Origin: Gemmatimonas sp. | Lineage (GTDB): Bacteria; Gemmatimonadota; Gemmatimonadetes; Gemmatimonadales; Gemmatimonadaceae | Length of the DNA: 64,000 nt | Assembly: GCA_965279375.1 (NCBI GenBank) | Contig: OZ257156.1 | Coordinates: 1,760,001-1,824,000 of the forward strand | Direction of reading: 5' to 3' | In this document: one piece after another, positions 29,917 to 39,968 of the stretch | Layout of the letters: each line of letters starts with the position of its first letter | How positions within the stretch are numbered: position 1 is the stretch's first letter | The notes under the pieces: model-generated | The model's database searches: none | What the model was told of the DNA's origin: nothing | Seen by the model: only the letters and a program-made list of their open reading frames with translations | Made by a program: the position numbers and the translations under genes

Positions 29917-30624
29917 ATGCCTCTTGCCCAGACCCCGCCCACCCCGCCCCCTGTGCCTGCCCCGCCATCCGTTCAGGGCGGCGCGGCGATCACCACCACG
30001 CAGCTGCAGCAGCGCCCGCTGACCAAGGCGGACGTCGATGCACTGCGGGCGCGACGCAACGAGCTCTCCAACCAGCTCAACTCCGCGCAGAACCGGCGGG
30101 ATGAGGCGGCCAAGGCGCTGTCCAAGAGCGAAGACGGTCCGGCGCGTGCGGGAATCGAGCAACGTCTCCAGGTGCTCGACCAACGCATTGTCCAGATCGA
30201 AACGGACATCGCGTCGAACGGAAGACAGCTTGCCGCGGCACCCGGCGCGTTGGTATCCAGCAGCGAGACCGCTCCGACGGAACGGTATGGACCGTTCAGC
30301 TCCGGGCAACTCACGGCGATCTCGATCGTGTCGATCGTGCTGATCTGGGCGCCGCTGGCCTTTGCCGGTGCCCGCGTGATGCTCAAGCGCTGGGCGCACC
30401 CCAAGCCGGCACCCCAGCTCATGGAGAACGCCGCGCGGCTGGAGCGGATGGAGCAGGCGGTGGACGCGGTCGCCATCGAGATCGAGCGCATCTCCGAAGG
30501 GCAGCGCTTCGTGACGCAGCTCATGGCCAAGCGCGCCGAGCCGATGGCGCTGAGCGAGGGAGCGGCACCGGCCGAGCCGATCAAGGTGGCCCAGCCGGAA
30601 CAGGTGTCCTTCGACCGTCGCTGA
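29917..30624 (+). CDS. Hypothetical coiled-coil single-TM protein
   Basis: N-terminal coiled coil, one TM, RLERMEQAVDAVAIEIERISEGQRFVT motif. Confidence 0.75.
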   Translation: MPLAQTPPTPPPVPAPPSVQGGAAITTTQLQQRPLTKADVDALRARRNELSNQLNSAQNRRDEAAKALSKSEDGPARAGIEQRLQVLDQRIVQIETDIASNGRQLAAAPGALVSSSETAPTERYGPFSSGQLTAISIVSIVLIWAPLAFAGARVMLKRWAHPKPAPQLMENAARLERMEQAVDAVAIEIERISEGQRFVTQLMAKRAEPMALSEGAAPAEPIKVAQPEQVSFDRR

Positions 30625-30722
30625 CGCGAGAAGCGCTGACGCGAGAAGCGCTGACGCGAGAAGCGCTGACGCGAGAAGCGCTGACGCGAGAAGCGCTGAC
30701 GCCTTCAAGGCGTCAGCGACGG
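30615..30722. repeat. 15-bp tandem repeat x5.6 (CGCTGACGCGAGAAG) ending in an inverted-repeat hairpin
   Basis: Units at 30619, 30634, 30649, 30664, 30679, partial at 30694; CGCTGACGCCT-TCA-AGGCGTCAGCG hairpin. Confidence 0.92.
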
Positions 30723-30731
30723 GGGCCTGCC

Positions 30732-32852
30732 TTACTGCATCGCCGCGCGGGCGGCGGTTGGCTTGAGGACCAGGTTCTCGATGAAGAACTCCATCATGCG
30801 ACCCTGCTGCAGGCCGGTATGACCGGCATCGGGCCCGACCTGCAGCTCGAACGACTTGCCCGCCTTCTGTAGCGCGGAGACGAGCTGCATGGTGTTGGAC
30901 GGATGCACGTTGTTGTCGGCGGTGCCGTAGTACAGCATCAGCCGCCCCTTGAGATCACCCGCGTACTTGGCCGCGCTGCCGATCTCGTAGCCCGGATTCT
31001 CCTGCGGAATCCACATGTAGCGCTCGGTGTAGATCGAGTCGTAGTTGCGCCAGTCGGTCACGCTGGACGACGCGCTGGCCGCCTGAAACACGTCCGGGTG
31101 GCGCAGCAGCGCCATCGCCGAGGCATAGCCGCCGTACGACGTGCCGAAGATGCCCACGCGCTGCAGGTCCACGTACGGCCGGTCCTTGAGCGCGCTCACG
31201 CCCGCCGCCTGATCGTCGATCTCCACCGTGCCGAGCTTCTGGTAGATCGCGTCCAGGAACTTCTTGCCGCGTCCCGCTGCACTGCGTGAGTCGAGCGACA
31301 GCACGATGAAGCCGTACTCCGCCAGCGCGCTTGGCGGCGCGAACGTCTCCCGCGCGCCGTTGGTGGCGGGGCCTGCGTACACCGTGACGAGCACCGGGTA
31401 CTTCTTGCTCGGATCGAAGTTGCTCGGCTTGGAGAGCAGACCGTGCAGCTCGGTCACGCCATCGGCCGCCTTGTACGTGTAGAGCTCCGCTGGCTTGAGC
31501 CCCAGTGCGGTGAACTTGCTGATGTCGCTCGTCGCCAGCTCGGCGACCTGCTTGCCCGTGGCATCGTGCAGGCGCGTGACCGGTGCCTTGTCGTGCGTCT
31601 GCGCGACGTCCACGAAGAACTTGCCGTCGGGCGAGAGCGAGATGGTGTGGTTGAACGCCGGATCGGTGAGGCGCTTGTCGTTCTTGCCATCGAGCGAGAC
31701 GCGATGCAGCTGCATCTTCATGTGGTTGTCGCCGTCGCGCGCCATGTACCACATCGTGTTCGTCTTCTCGTCCACCTTCACGATGTTCGCCACTTCGAAC
31801 GCGTGCTTGGTGATCGTGGAGATCAGCTTTCCGCTCAGATCGTAGAGGTAGAAATTTCGGAAACCCGAGCGCTCGGACGACCAGATGAAGCGCTGATTGT
31901 CGGCGAGGTACTGCTGCATCGGATGGTTATCCGTCCAGCTCGGGAGCCACTCCTCGCGCACCACCACGCGGCACGAGCCGTTGGCGGGATCGCACGCGGT
32001 GAACTCCATCACGTTCTGCCGGCGGTTGGTGCGATTGAACGTGAGTGCCGATCCATCCGGCGACCACTTCACGTTGTACACGTAGTGACCGACGACGTCG
32101 TTGTCGAACGTCTTGCCGTTGCGCACGTCCACCTTGGTGACCGCCTTCGTCGCCACGTCGTACACGAACAGATCGACGATCGGGTTGGGCGCGCCGGCCT
32201 TGGGATACGCCTCCACGTCGACCGCCGCCTGCACCTTCGTCTGATCCATGCCGAGGTAGTAGTCCTTGACCGGATTCTCGTCGAAGCGGTAGAAGGCGAT
32301 CTTGGTGCCCGCGGGATTCCACCACATCGCCGTCGTCTGGCGCAGCTCTTCGCCGTAGACCCACGAAGCCGTGCCGTACTTGATGCGCTTGGCTTCGCTG
32401 CCGTCGGAGGTGATGGCGAATTCGTTGCGTCCCGACGTATCGCTCACGAACAGGTTGCGATCGCGATAGAACGCCTTGCGCGTGCTGTCGGGCGAAAGCG
32501 CAAACGCGACCTGACGACCACGCTCCACTCCGCCGCGTCCACCGCGACCGCCGGCCGCTGGTGCAGCGCTCGTGGATGGCGAGACCTTGCGCGTGGTGAC
32601 GTCAAAGCGCTGGCGTGTGCCATCGAGGACGTACTCGAAGCTCTTTCCGTCTGGCGCCCAGGTGACGTTGAGCGCGCCCAGCTTCATGGAGCTGGCGATC
32701 TGCGGCGCAATCTTCTGGAACTGCTCATAGCCGGGCATCGACTTGAGCCGGTCCTGCGCCTCCAGCAGCGCGGGCGCGCCGAGGAGTGCGAGGGACAGCA
32801 CGGACGCGCGGTGTGCGAACGACGCGCGAGGGACAAACGGAAGCGGCGACAT
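30732..32852 (-). CDS. S9B dipeptidyl-peptidase IV family protein
   Basis: WVYGEE, VYAGP, GTSYGG catalytic Ser, DNNVH, C-terminal His; signal peptide. Confidence 0.92.
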   Translation of the reverse strand: MSPLPFVPRASFAHRASVLSLALLGAPALLEAQDRLKSMPGYEQFQKIAPQIASSMKLGALNVTWAPDGKSFEYVLDGTRQRFDVTTRKVSPSTSAAPAAGGRGGRGGVERGRQVAFALSPDSTRKAFYRDRNLFVSDTSGRNEFAITSDGSEAKRIKYGTASWVYGEELRQTTAMWWNPAGTKIAFYRFDENPVKDYYLGMDQTKVQAAVDVEAYPKAGAPNPIVDLFVYDVATKAVTKVDVRNGKTFDNDVVGHYVYNVKWSPDGSALTFNRTNRRQNVMEFTACDPANGSCRVVVREEWLPSWTDNHPMQQYLADNQRFIWSSERSGFRNFYLYDLSGKLISTITKHAFEVANIVKVDEKTNTMWYMARDGDNHMKMQLHRVSLDGKNDKRLTDPAFNHTISLSPDGKFFVDVAQTHDKAPVTRLHDATGKQVAELATSDISKFTALGLKPAELYTYKAADGVTELHGLLSKPSNFDPSKKYPVLVTVYAGPATNGARETFAPPSALAEYGFIVLSLDSRSAAGRGKKFLDAIYQKLGTVEIDDQAAGVSALKDRPYVDLQRVGIFGTSYGGYASAMALLRHPDVFQAASASSSVTDWRNYDSIYTERYMWIPQENPGYEIGSAAKYAGDLKGRLMLYYGTADNNVHPSNTMQLVSALQKAGKSFELQVGPDAGHTGLQQGRMMEFFIENLVLKPTAARAAMQ

Positions 32853-32949
32853 CGGCGGGGGCGTAGGAGTGGTGTGGAACTGCACCATACCCTCCAAACA
32901 TCACCCCGGCGTCGCCGCTGTCAAACCACGCGCCGCTTGAGCCATCCAA

Positions 32950-35700
32950 TCACCGGTCGCGACGCAACTCCGGCTTCTTTCGCTCAGCCTTCTCGCGACT
33001 CGCTTCCTTGCGTTCTTCCTTCTCCTCGCGGTCGTCGTCGTCCACATCAACCGCCAGCGGGAAGAAGAGCGAGCGCTTGACCTCGGGGTACTTCACGCGC
33101 CAGCCCTTGGCCTCGCCCCACAGAATGCGATTGAGGCGCTCGGTCGGCGCGGCATCGGGATCGTGGAAGTTCATGCGCGCGCTGGCCAGCGCCGCGGCCT
33201 TCCGTGCCGCAGCATCGGGGCCGTTGATGGCGCCCACCTTCACGTTGGTCTCGTACAACGACTGCGCAGGCATCAGCGCGGTGTAGGGCGTGAAGTCGGG
33301 CTTCTCGTTCGGACCGATGAAGCTCTTGCGCATGTCCGTGGCCACGAGATCGAACATGCTGAGTGCAGGCAAACCGAGCATGAGCTCGATCGTCTTCACC
33401 ATGCTGGGCTGACTGTAGAAGGTGCTGTCGATGACGCCGCGCCGCGCATACGGGCTGGCCACCATCGCCACCGTGCGATGTCCGTCGATGTGGTCGACGC
33501 CGTTCTGCGCGTCGTCTTCCACCACGAGAATGGCCATCGACTTCCAGAACGACGAGTGACTGAGCTTGTCCACCAGTCGCCCTAACGCCAGATCGTTGTC
33601 GGCCACGCACGCCGCGGGCGTGCACCAGCCGGACGACGTCCCCTGCGTGTGATCGTTGGGGAGAATGATCAGTGTGAGATGCGGCATCTGCTTGGCCGTC
33701 TCCCACTCCTTGAGGTGCTCGACGATGATGTCCGCCTTGATGACATCGGGCACTTCCTGGGTCCACCCCGGATACTCACGCACAAGAATCTTGTCGAGAC
33801 TCGGGATCTCGCTGCGCGTGTTGTACATGCCCTTGAGAGTCTTTCGCGCCAGCGCCGAGGTGTACGTGGCCGAGTCGCGGTACATGGCCATGAGCTTGGC
33901 GCGTGCGCTCGGCATCGAGTCGCTCGGCGCCGGCGCGTATTCACCAAAGCTCACCGCACGCTTTCCCTTGAGCGCGGCGGCCTCCCACAAGAATCCACCC
34001 GACGAATATGTGAGCGGGTCATTCCCCTCGCTGGGATAGCTGCGGCCGTAATACAGTGGCCACATCGGATACGCTGTTTCGTTGGCCTGCGTGAGCCAGT
34101 TGTGTCCGTCAGCGGAGTTGCCGCCCGACGCAAAGAAGTGGTCGAGCAGCACGAACTGCTCGCTCAAGGCATGCGTGTTGGGGGTGACGCTGCGCCCGTA
34201 CATCGTGAGGCTCGGGTCGCTCGCTCCTTTGCCAATGTCACCCAACACCTGATCGTAGGTGCGATTCTCCTTGATGATGTAGACCACGTGCTGAATGAGA
34301 CTGGCTTCGCCGGGGCGCTCGGGCACGGCGCGCGCGGCCACCGCAGCGCGCGGTGCGATCGATGGCGCGGCCGGTCCACTCGCGAGATGCAGCCGATTGT
34401 TCTCGGCCACGCTCGTCGTGAAGGCGGCGAGTTCCGACTCGCTCGGCATCGGAAACACATTCACCGAGCCACGCTCGGCGAATACGTAGCGTCCATCCTT
34501 GCCAGCGGTGCGTCCCGTACCGGCGCCCACGCCAAAGAGCGTCCCCACGGCGATCGTCGTCCCATCTGCGCTGACGTCTACACTGCTCGGGTACCAGCCG
34601 GTTGGCACGAGTCCGCGAAGCGTTGCTGTCGCAGGCGACGCTGCGCGCACATCGTAGAGCGCCACGGCGTTGATGCCGCCGAGCGTGACGAGGAGCGTAT
34701 TGCCGTCGGCGGTGAGGGCGAGCGCGGTAGGCGTGAGGCCGATCTTGCGTTCACGAAAGGGCGCGACGGCGATGGTGCCGGCGAGCGTATTGCTCTTGGT
34801 ATCGATGATGCTTACGGCGTCGCTGTTGCCGTTGGCCACATAGAGCAGTTGGCGCGCGCGATTCCACACAACGCCCGTGGGATGCGCGCCAACGGTGATG
34901 CGATGCGTCACCGCGCCCGTGGCCACATCGATGCGTTCAACCGTGCCTGGTAGAGCGATGCCACGTGCGTTGATGCGAACCGGCTCCGCGGCCGGGTCAC
35001 AGCACTGCGAGGCGCGACGCTGCCCTGTCCTCGGCTTGGGTCCACCAAACACCGTCACCCACGCAACTGCGCCATCGTCGGAGAGCGCGGCAGCAATCGG
35101 CAGCACGCCAAGCGGTACGGTACGCAGCGTCTTGCCGTTGTCGGCGTCGAGTACGACAAGCTTGTCGTCGGCCGGAAGCGGCAGCACCGCGACTCGATGT
35201 CCATCGGCACCGGCGCGTGCGGCCACCGCAGGAGCGCCGGCCATGAAGTCACCCAACGTGCCGGACTCGCTCACGATGCTCGCGGAAGAATCCGCGCTGT
35301 ACGAGATCAGCTGCGCGACGGACTTCGCGCGGGCGAGCGGTGGTCCGCCGGGTGTGCGGCTTTTCGCGACATCGGCGGGGAGCTTGCTGACCGAGGCCAC
35401 CACTGGACGCTTGGTGACCGGATCGATGACCAGGCCATGCACGCCCGGTCGCCCCACGAACTCGGCGCGCGCCAGCACGCGGTTGTCGCGCCACGCCATG
35501 CGCCACGCGCTGCCCGGAACGACCGCCCAAAGGTCGCCCGACTGCGCCCCGAAGCGAACACCAGCTACGCGACCGTTGAACACGCTCTGCACGCCGGCCG
35601 GAGTCACGCGCTGTCCGACGGCAAAAACGCCGGGGTCGTTGACGACGCGTTGCGGTGCGGGTGCAGCGGCCTGAAGCAGGGCGAGAGCGATCGAGAGCAC
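32950..35700 (-). CDS. YncE-like beta-propeller plus phosphoesterase (alkaline-phosphatase-like) protein
   Basis: YVTN-type repeats (VGAHPTG, LYVANGNSDAVSIID); IIKENRTYDQVLGD, SADGHNW, EDDAQNGVDHIDGHR. Confidence 0.88.
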   Translation of the reverse strand: MLSIALALLQAAAPAPQRVVNDPGVFAVGQRVTPAGVQSVFNGRVAGVRFGAQSGDLWAVVPGSAWRMAWRDNRVLARAEFVGRPGVHGLVIDPVTKRPVVASVSKLPADVAKSRTPGGPPLARAKSVAQLISYSADSSASIVSESGTLGDFMAGAPAVAARAGADGHRVAVLPLPADDKLVVLDADNGKTLRTVPLGVLPIAAALSDDGAVAWVTVFGGPKPRTGQRRASQCCDPAAEPVRINARGIALPGTVERIDVATGAVTHRITVGAHPTGVVWNRARQLLYVANGNSDAVSIIDTKSNTLAGTIAVAPFRERKIGLTPTALALTADGNTLLVTLGGINAVALYDVRAASPATATLRGLVPTGWYPSSVDVSADGTTIAVGTLFGVGAGTGRTAGKDGRYVFAERGSVNVFPMPSESELAAFTTSVAENNRLHLASGPAAPSIAPRAAVAARAVPERPGEASLIQHVVYIIKENRTYDQVLGDIGKGASDPSLTMYGRSVTPNTHALSEQFVLLDHFFASGGNSADGHNWLTQANETAYPMWPLYYGRSYPSEGNDPLTYSSGGFLWEAAALKGKRAVSFGEYAPAPSDSMPSARAKLMAMYRDSATYTSALARKTLKGMYNTRSEIPSLDKILVREYPGWTQEVPDVIKADIIVEHLKEWETAKQMPHLTLIILPNDHTQGTSSGWCTPAACVADNDLALGRLVDKLSHSSFWKSMAILVVEDDAQNGVDHIDGHRTVAMVASPYARRGVIDSTFYSQPSMVKTIELMLGLPALSMFDLVATDMRKSFIGPNEKPDFTPYTALMPAQSLYETNVKVGAINGPDAAARKAAALASARMNFHDPDAAPTERLNRILWGEAKGWRVKYPEVKRSLFFPLAVDVDDDDREEKEERKEASREKAERKKPELRRDR

Positions 35701-35822
35701 GGGCAGTCCGGTGAGAGTGTAACGAGCACCTTACGCCCGGATCGGTCGCTCCCGCAAGCAACGGTCTTGTGACGACGTCCTTTGCACGGTCTCGCGCCAG
35801 TGCGCGACGCCACTGTGCTACG

Positions 35823-36902
35823 CTATTGCGCCACGCCACTCACCCACGCGCGTCGAATGAGATTGCCACAGATCGCGGATTCTTCGCCTGCGTTGAGTCC
35901 ACTCACTCGCGCGATGATGCCGTAGAGTGTCTTGTCCTTGTTGATCCAGGGATAGAAGCCGAAGGCGCCCGCGCTGCTGAACGAACCGTCGCCGCTGACG
36001 GGATCGCTCTCCACCCAATGCCCGATGGAGTAGCCCCAGCTGACGTTGCCGCCAATTGGGGAGTTGATCGCGGTTGGGCAGGTCGCCGAGTTGGTGCAGG
36101 TCGCGTTGGTGCCCAACAGCGCCGCAATCTTGAGCTGGTTGTTGAGGATCTTGCGCAGGAACGTCGCGTAGTCTGCAGCGGTGCTGCGCGCTCCGCCTGC
36201 CAACTGTGGCTGCGTATACGTCAGGTTGATCTCGGTTCCGAGCACGCGTCGCATCTCGGCGGCAAGCGCCTGATTGGCCATGGCGCCCAGATTCATGCCT
36301 GGCGCGGCAAGGCTCGCGTGCTTCTGCATGTGCCCGCCGTCGTAGGCAAAGCGCCCGACGTTGGCCGCGGTGAACTGACCATTCGTCGAACGCGCGACGC
36401 ACTCCGCCACGGTGTCGAAGTTGTCGCAGCCGGCGATGGTGAAATTGGTATAGCCGCTGCGAAAGGTCAGAAACTGAATGTCTTCCGCCGTGAGCTCACC
36501 GGCGCGACGCTCGGCGACGTAGGCACCATAGAGCCACTTCGATGCGGACGCGATCGACATTGTCGTTTGTGCGGTGTACGAGGTGGCGCTTCCAGGCTTG
36601 AGCACGGATCCACTGCCAAGTAGTCCCGTCTTGTCGCCGATTTCCCAATAGAACGGCTGAATGTCGGCACAGGGGCCCGTCGCCTTCTCCGCGGTCGTCT
36701 TCGCCGCCGCGATGCGTGTGGCGTTCGTGGTCGATGGGGTCGGCTCAGGAATCGGCGATGGTGTGGTTGGAGTTTCACCGCGGCAGGCGATGACGCTTGA
36801 TGTGAGCGCGATCTGCAGCACGCGCTGCACGCCGCGTGAGCCCCAGCGCGCGCACCAGCGCGCAGTCGACGATGCGGGCGATTCGATTGGTGTTGCTGAC
36901 AT
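35823..36902 (-). CDS. Putative lipoprotein with divergent beta-lactamase/PBP-like fold
   Basis: VIAC lipobox; IASASKW (SxxK), LTFRSG, SSAGAFGFYPWI; start uncertain. Confidence 0.6.
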   Translation of the reverse strand: MSATPIESPASSTARWCARWGSRGVQRVLQIALTSSVIACRGETPTTPSPIPEPTPSTTNATRIAAAKTTAEKATGPCADIQPFYWEIGDKTGLLGSGSVLKPGSATSYTAQTTMSIASASKWLYGAYVAERRAGELTAEDIQFLTFRSGYTNFTIAGCDNFDTVAECVARSTNGQFTAANVGRFAYDGGHMQKHASLAAPGMNLGAMANQALAAEMRRVLGTEINLTYTQPQLAGGARSTAADYATFLRKILNNQLKIAALLGTNATCTNSATCPTAINSPIGGNVSWGYSIGHWVESDPVSGDGSFSSAGAFGFYPWINKDKTLYGIIARVSGLNAGEESAICGNLIRRAWVSGVAQ

Positions 36903-36984
36903 TGGTCGGCGTCCTCATGGAGTGAGGCGCGATCGCATCTCGATCACGCCAGTCACCCCATCTGACGGACATCACGCCGACGCG

Positions 36985-37758
36985 TTAACGCCACGGTGTG
37001 GTCGCCGGTACGAACTGTGTTGTTCGTTGCCGAGCCGGTGATACGGTGCGCCCCCGGATGAGGGCGACACCGAACACGATAAGGAAGAGCGGCAGCAGCA
37101 GGTTCGTGACGTCGGCTGCGGGCTGCACCAAGGAGGTCACGTTGCGAAACATGCCGATCCAGCCGGCGAGCACCGTGATTGCGGCGAACGCCGCGAGCGA
37201 TCGAACCTCGAGTCGATAGAGCGCGACGCTGTACGCGGCGAACGAACCATACAGCGCAAGCTCACCAACGAACTCGCCGATGCCGTTGCCGAGATAGGCG
37301 TTGAGCGCGTCGAAGGTGATGGAGATGGCGGCACGCTGCGCCTCGTTCGCCTCGGGCCACGCGCCGGCCAGCGCCCACTGCGCCGTGCTCCAGCGAGCGA
37401 GTCCCAGCGTCATGCACAGAGCGGCGACCCCCTGTAGCAGCAGCCCCAACCGAACGACGGCTTCGTTGCGCAGATCGTCGGTGCGCAGGGCATCCGCCGC
37501 GCCGGCCGCTGCGGGAAGCAGCGTAAGTGGAAGAATGGCGTAGATGGCCCACACCGCGCGACCGTCGTTGCCCAACGCACGGAGCGCCGGCAGAACATCC
37601 GAGGCCGATCCGTCGAGCACCTCGGGATAACCGAAGTGGGCTGCCAACCACGAGAAGACGAGCATGAAGCCAACGCTTGCGCCGATGTACATGCCGCCGG
37701 CGAGTCGCGCGGCAGGAGCGGTCACGCTGGTCGACGGAATACGCATGAAGTTCGACAT
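36985..37758 (-). CDS. DUF4386-like membrane protein
   Basis: FGYPEVL, GLARW, YLGNGIGE motifs; about 6 TM helices. Confidence 0.7.
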   Translation of the reverse strand: MSNFMRIPSTSVTAPAARLAGGMYIGASVGFMLVFSWLAAHFGYPEVLDGSASDVLPALRALGNDGRAVWAIYAILPLTLLPAAAGAADALRTDDLRNEAVVRLGLLLQGVAALCMTLGLARWSTAQWALAGAWPEANEAQRAAISITFDALNAYLGNGIGEFVGELALYGSFAAYSVALYRLEVRSLAAFAAITVLAGWIGMFRNVTSLVQPAADVTNLLLPLFLIVFGVALIRGRTVSPARQRTTQFVPATTPWR

Positions 37759-38234
37759 TAGAACTGCACTCCCAAGCCGACGGTTGGGTTGAGGCGCGTC
37801 TGCTTCGTGTGCGGCGCGTAGAGCACGGCGGCGCCGAGCTGGCCGCTGTACCGCGATCCGAAACGCTGACGAACGCCCACATCCGCCAGCACGCTGTTCG
37901 ACCAGCCCTTCGTCAGGCTCGGTGCGAACGACAGCGAGGTGTACGGCGAGGTGCGATCGTTCGGCTTGGCGTACGCCGCGATGCCGACGCGCAGAAAGTT
38001 GGTGTTGCGCTGTTCCCCATCACGCTTGATCACCGTGGGGTAGTAGCCGGCGAACGCGGCCAGGTGACCCTTGGAGATCTGGACGCCCGTGCCCGGCGAT
38101 CGGAAGATCGTGAGCGTGACACGCCAGTCGTTGCGGGCTACTGTAGGCGAGACGGACGGCGACCCGGTGACGGACTGGGCCTGTGTGAGTGCCGGGACGA
38201 GGGAAACCAGGGCAAGGGCGAGCATGCGACGCAT
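37758..38234 (-). CDS. Secreted, probably small outer-membrane beta-barrel protein
   Basis: Signal peptide, alternating beta strands, C-terminal GLGVQF (terminal Phe). Confidence 0.65.
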   Translation of the reverse strand: MRRMLALALVSLVPALTQAQSVTGSPSVSPTVARNDWRVTLTIFRSPGTGVQISKGHLAAFAGYYPTVIKRDGEQRNTNFLRVGIAAYAKPNDRTSPYTSLSFAPSLTKGWSNSVLADVGVRQRFGSRYSGQLGAAVLYAPHTKQTRLNPTVGLGVQF

Positions 38235-38314
38235 GGCGATGTGGAGTTGGTGTGGGCGTGCCTGTGAAGCTCAGGGGTCGCTCCGGGCGACAGACGGATG
38301 ATGCCCGGGCCAAG

Positions 38315-38382
38315 CGCGCCACACGGTGACCGCACGCGCCAAGTGTGTGGCCGATCGCGACAAGCGTTCTTCAGCCGCGCCA
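38315..38382. promoter_or_regulatory. Four CGCG(C/A)CA direct repeats at 20-21 bp spacing (candidate AraC sites)
   Basis: Copies at 38315, 38335, 38356 and 38376 between divergent genes. Confidence 0.4.
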
Positions 38383-38394
38383 CGGGCGAGACGC

Positions 38395-39417
38395 GTGCGT
38401 AAAGTCACCGTCGCCGCGTCGCTGCTGGCCGACTTTCTCGGCTATCTGCGCTTGCAGGGAGTGGACGCGCGCGCGGTCGCTGCGCGTGCCGGTCTCTCCG
38501 AGCAGACCGATCCGTCTGGTCGCGTTGACAGCGCGCTGATGTACGCGCTCTGGACCGAAGCGATTGTCGCGACGGGCGACCAAGACATCGGCCTGCACAG
38601 CGGCATGAGCTTTCAGCCGGGCGCACTCGACATCGTGGGCTACGTGATGCTCAGCTCGCACACCGCAGCGGAAGCAGTACGCCGGGGCGCACGATTGATG
38701 CAGCTGCTCAACGATGGGCTGGCGCTCGATGTGGAGCGGAGTGCGACAACGACGACGCTGCGCATTCGCATGCTCCACGCTGACGGTGGAGCACTCTTCG
38801 TCGACGCACGGCAGGTGGTGGAAACGCTGTTGAGCGGTGCGCTCTACCAGATTCGTTTGCTGACCGAACGCGCCGTGGTGCCGCACGACGTGCGCTTTCG
38901 ACATCCACGTCCAGCAACCGGCGACAGCGAACACGTGCGGCTCTTCGGCTTTGCTCCGCGATTCGCTGCGGACAATGATGCACTCGTGCTGGCCAACGCC
39001 GATCTCGACGTGCCGTTGCGTTCAGCGAATCCGCAGCTGCTGGCGGCGTTCGAGTCGCACGCGGAGGCGGCACTCTCAGCGCTCGATCGACACGACGCCC
39101 TCTCCGAACGCGTGCTGCGCGAGATTGTCGCGCAATTGAAGGGGGAAGTCCCAACGATCGGTCATGTCGCCAAGGCGCTCGCGATGAGCCCGCGTCACTT
39201 GCAGCGCGGTCTCGCGCATGAAGGCACCACCTTCCAGACACTGCTCGACGACGCACGCCGTGAACTCGCCGTGCGGCATCTCTCCGCACCTGACGCAACT
39301 GTCGCAAAGGTGGCGTGGCTCGTTGGCTTTTCGGAGCCGAGCGCGTTCCATCGCGCCTTTCGCCGCTGGACAGGGCGTTCGCCGCGCGCAGATTCCTCGC
39401 GCATAGTCGCCGTCTAG
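38395..39417 (+). CDS. AraC-family transcriptional regulator
   Basis: IGLHSG..GYVMLSS N-terminal domain; MSPRHLQRGL and GFSEPSAFHRAFRRWTG HTHs; start 38395 or 38326. Confidence 0.92.
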   Translation: MRKVTVAASLLADFLGYLRLQGVDARAVAARAGLSEQTDPSGRVDSALMYALWTEAIVATGDQDIGLHSGMSFQPGALDIVGYVMLSSHTAAEAVRRGARLMQLLNDGLALDVERSATTTTLRIRMLHADGGALFVDARQVVETLLSGALYQIRLLTERAVVPHDVRFRHPRPATGDSEHVRLFGFAPRFAADNDALVLANADLDVPLRSANPQLLAAFESHAEAALSALDRHDALSERVLREIVAQLKGEVPTIGHVAKALAMSPRHLQRGLAHEGTTFQTLLDDARRELAVRHLSAPDATVAKVAWLVGFSEPSAFHRAFRRWTGRSPRADSSRIVAV

Positions 39418-39455
39418 CAACCGCTCACGGAACGCCACTTCACTTTCGAGACATC

Positions 39456-39962
39456 ATGCAGAACTACGATGCCACCGACATGGCCAACAGCTGGCGCACG
39501 GTGCGCAAGAACACGATTCAGATCGCGGAAGACATTCCCGCGGATCAGTACGGCTACAAGGTCACCCCAGATACGATGAGCGTGGGCCAGATTCTCGCCC
39601 ATCTCGCGACGTACCCGCATTGGGCCGAGCAGGCGCACTTCGTGGAGAAGAAGCACACCATCGAGGGCGCGGATTTTGGCCGCTATCTCGGCGCCGCCGC
39701 GGGCATGGCTGCCACGCTCACCACGAAGGCGAGCATCGTGGACGCACTCATTGCGCACGGCGAGTCGTTCGCCATGCAGCTCGAGACGCTGACGGATGAG
39801 CAGCTCGACGAGCGCGTCACGCTCCCCAACGCCACCAAGACGCGCTTCGAGATGCTGCTCGGCGTCAAGGAACACGAGATGCATCACCGGGCGCAGTTGA
39901 TGGTCGTCGAGCGGTTGCTCGGCATCGTTCCTCACCTCGCGCGCGCGCGGATGCAGCGGTAG
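39456..39962 (+). CDS. DinB-family protein
   Basis: SVGQILAHL and EHEMHHRAQL His motifs. Confidence 0.88.
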   Translation: MQNYDATDMANSWRTVRKNTIQIAEDIPADQYGYKVTPDTMSVGQILAHLATYPHWAEQAHFVEKKHTIEGADFGRYLGAAAGMAATLTTKASIVDALIAHGESFAMQLETLTDEQLDERVTLPNATKTRFEMLLGVKEHEMHHRAQLMVVERLLGIVPHLARARMQR

Positions 39963-39968
39963 ACGCCG

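Noticed and set aside
30619..30702. Possible CRISPR array
   Set aside because: The 15-bp units are contiguous with no unique spacers, and there are no cas genes; it is a tandem repeat
29818..30708. Minus-strand ORF with ASALL repeats
   Set aside because: It is the translation of the 15-bp repeat plus the antisense of the real plus-strand gene
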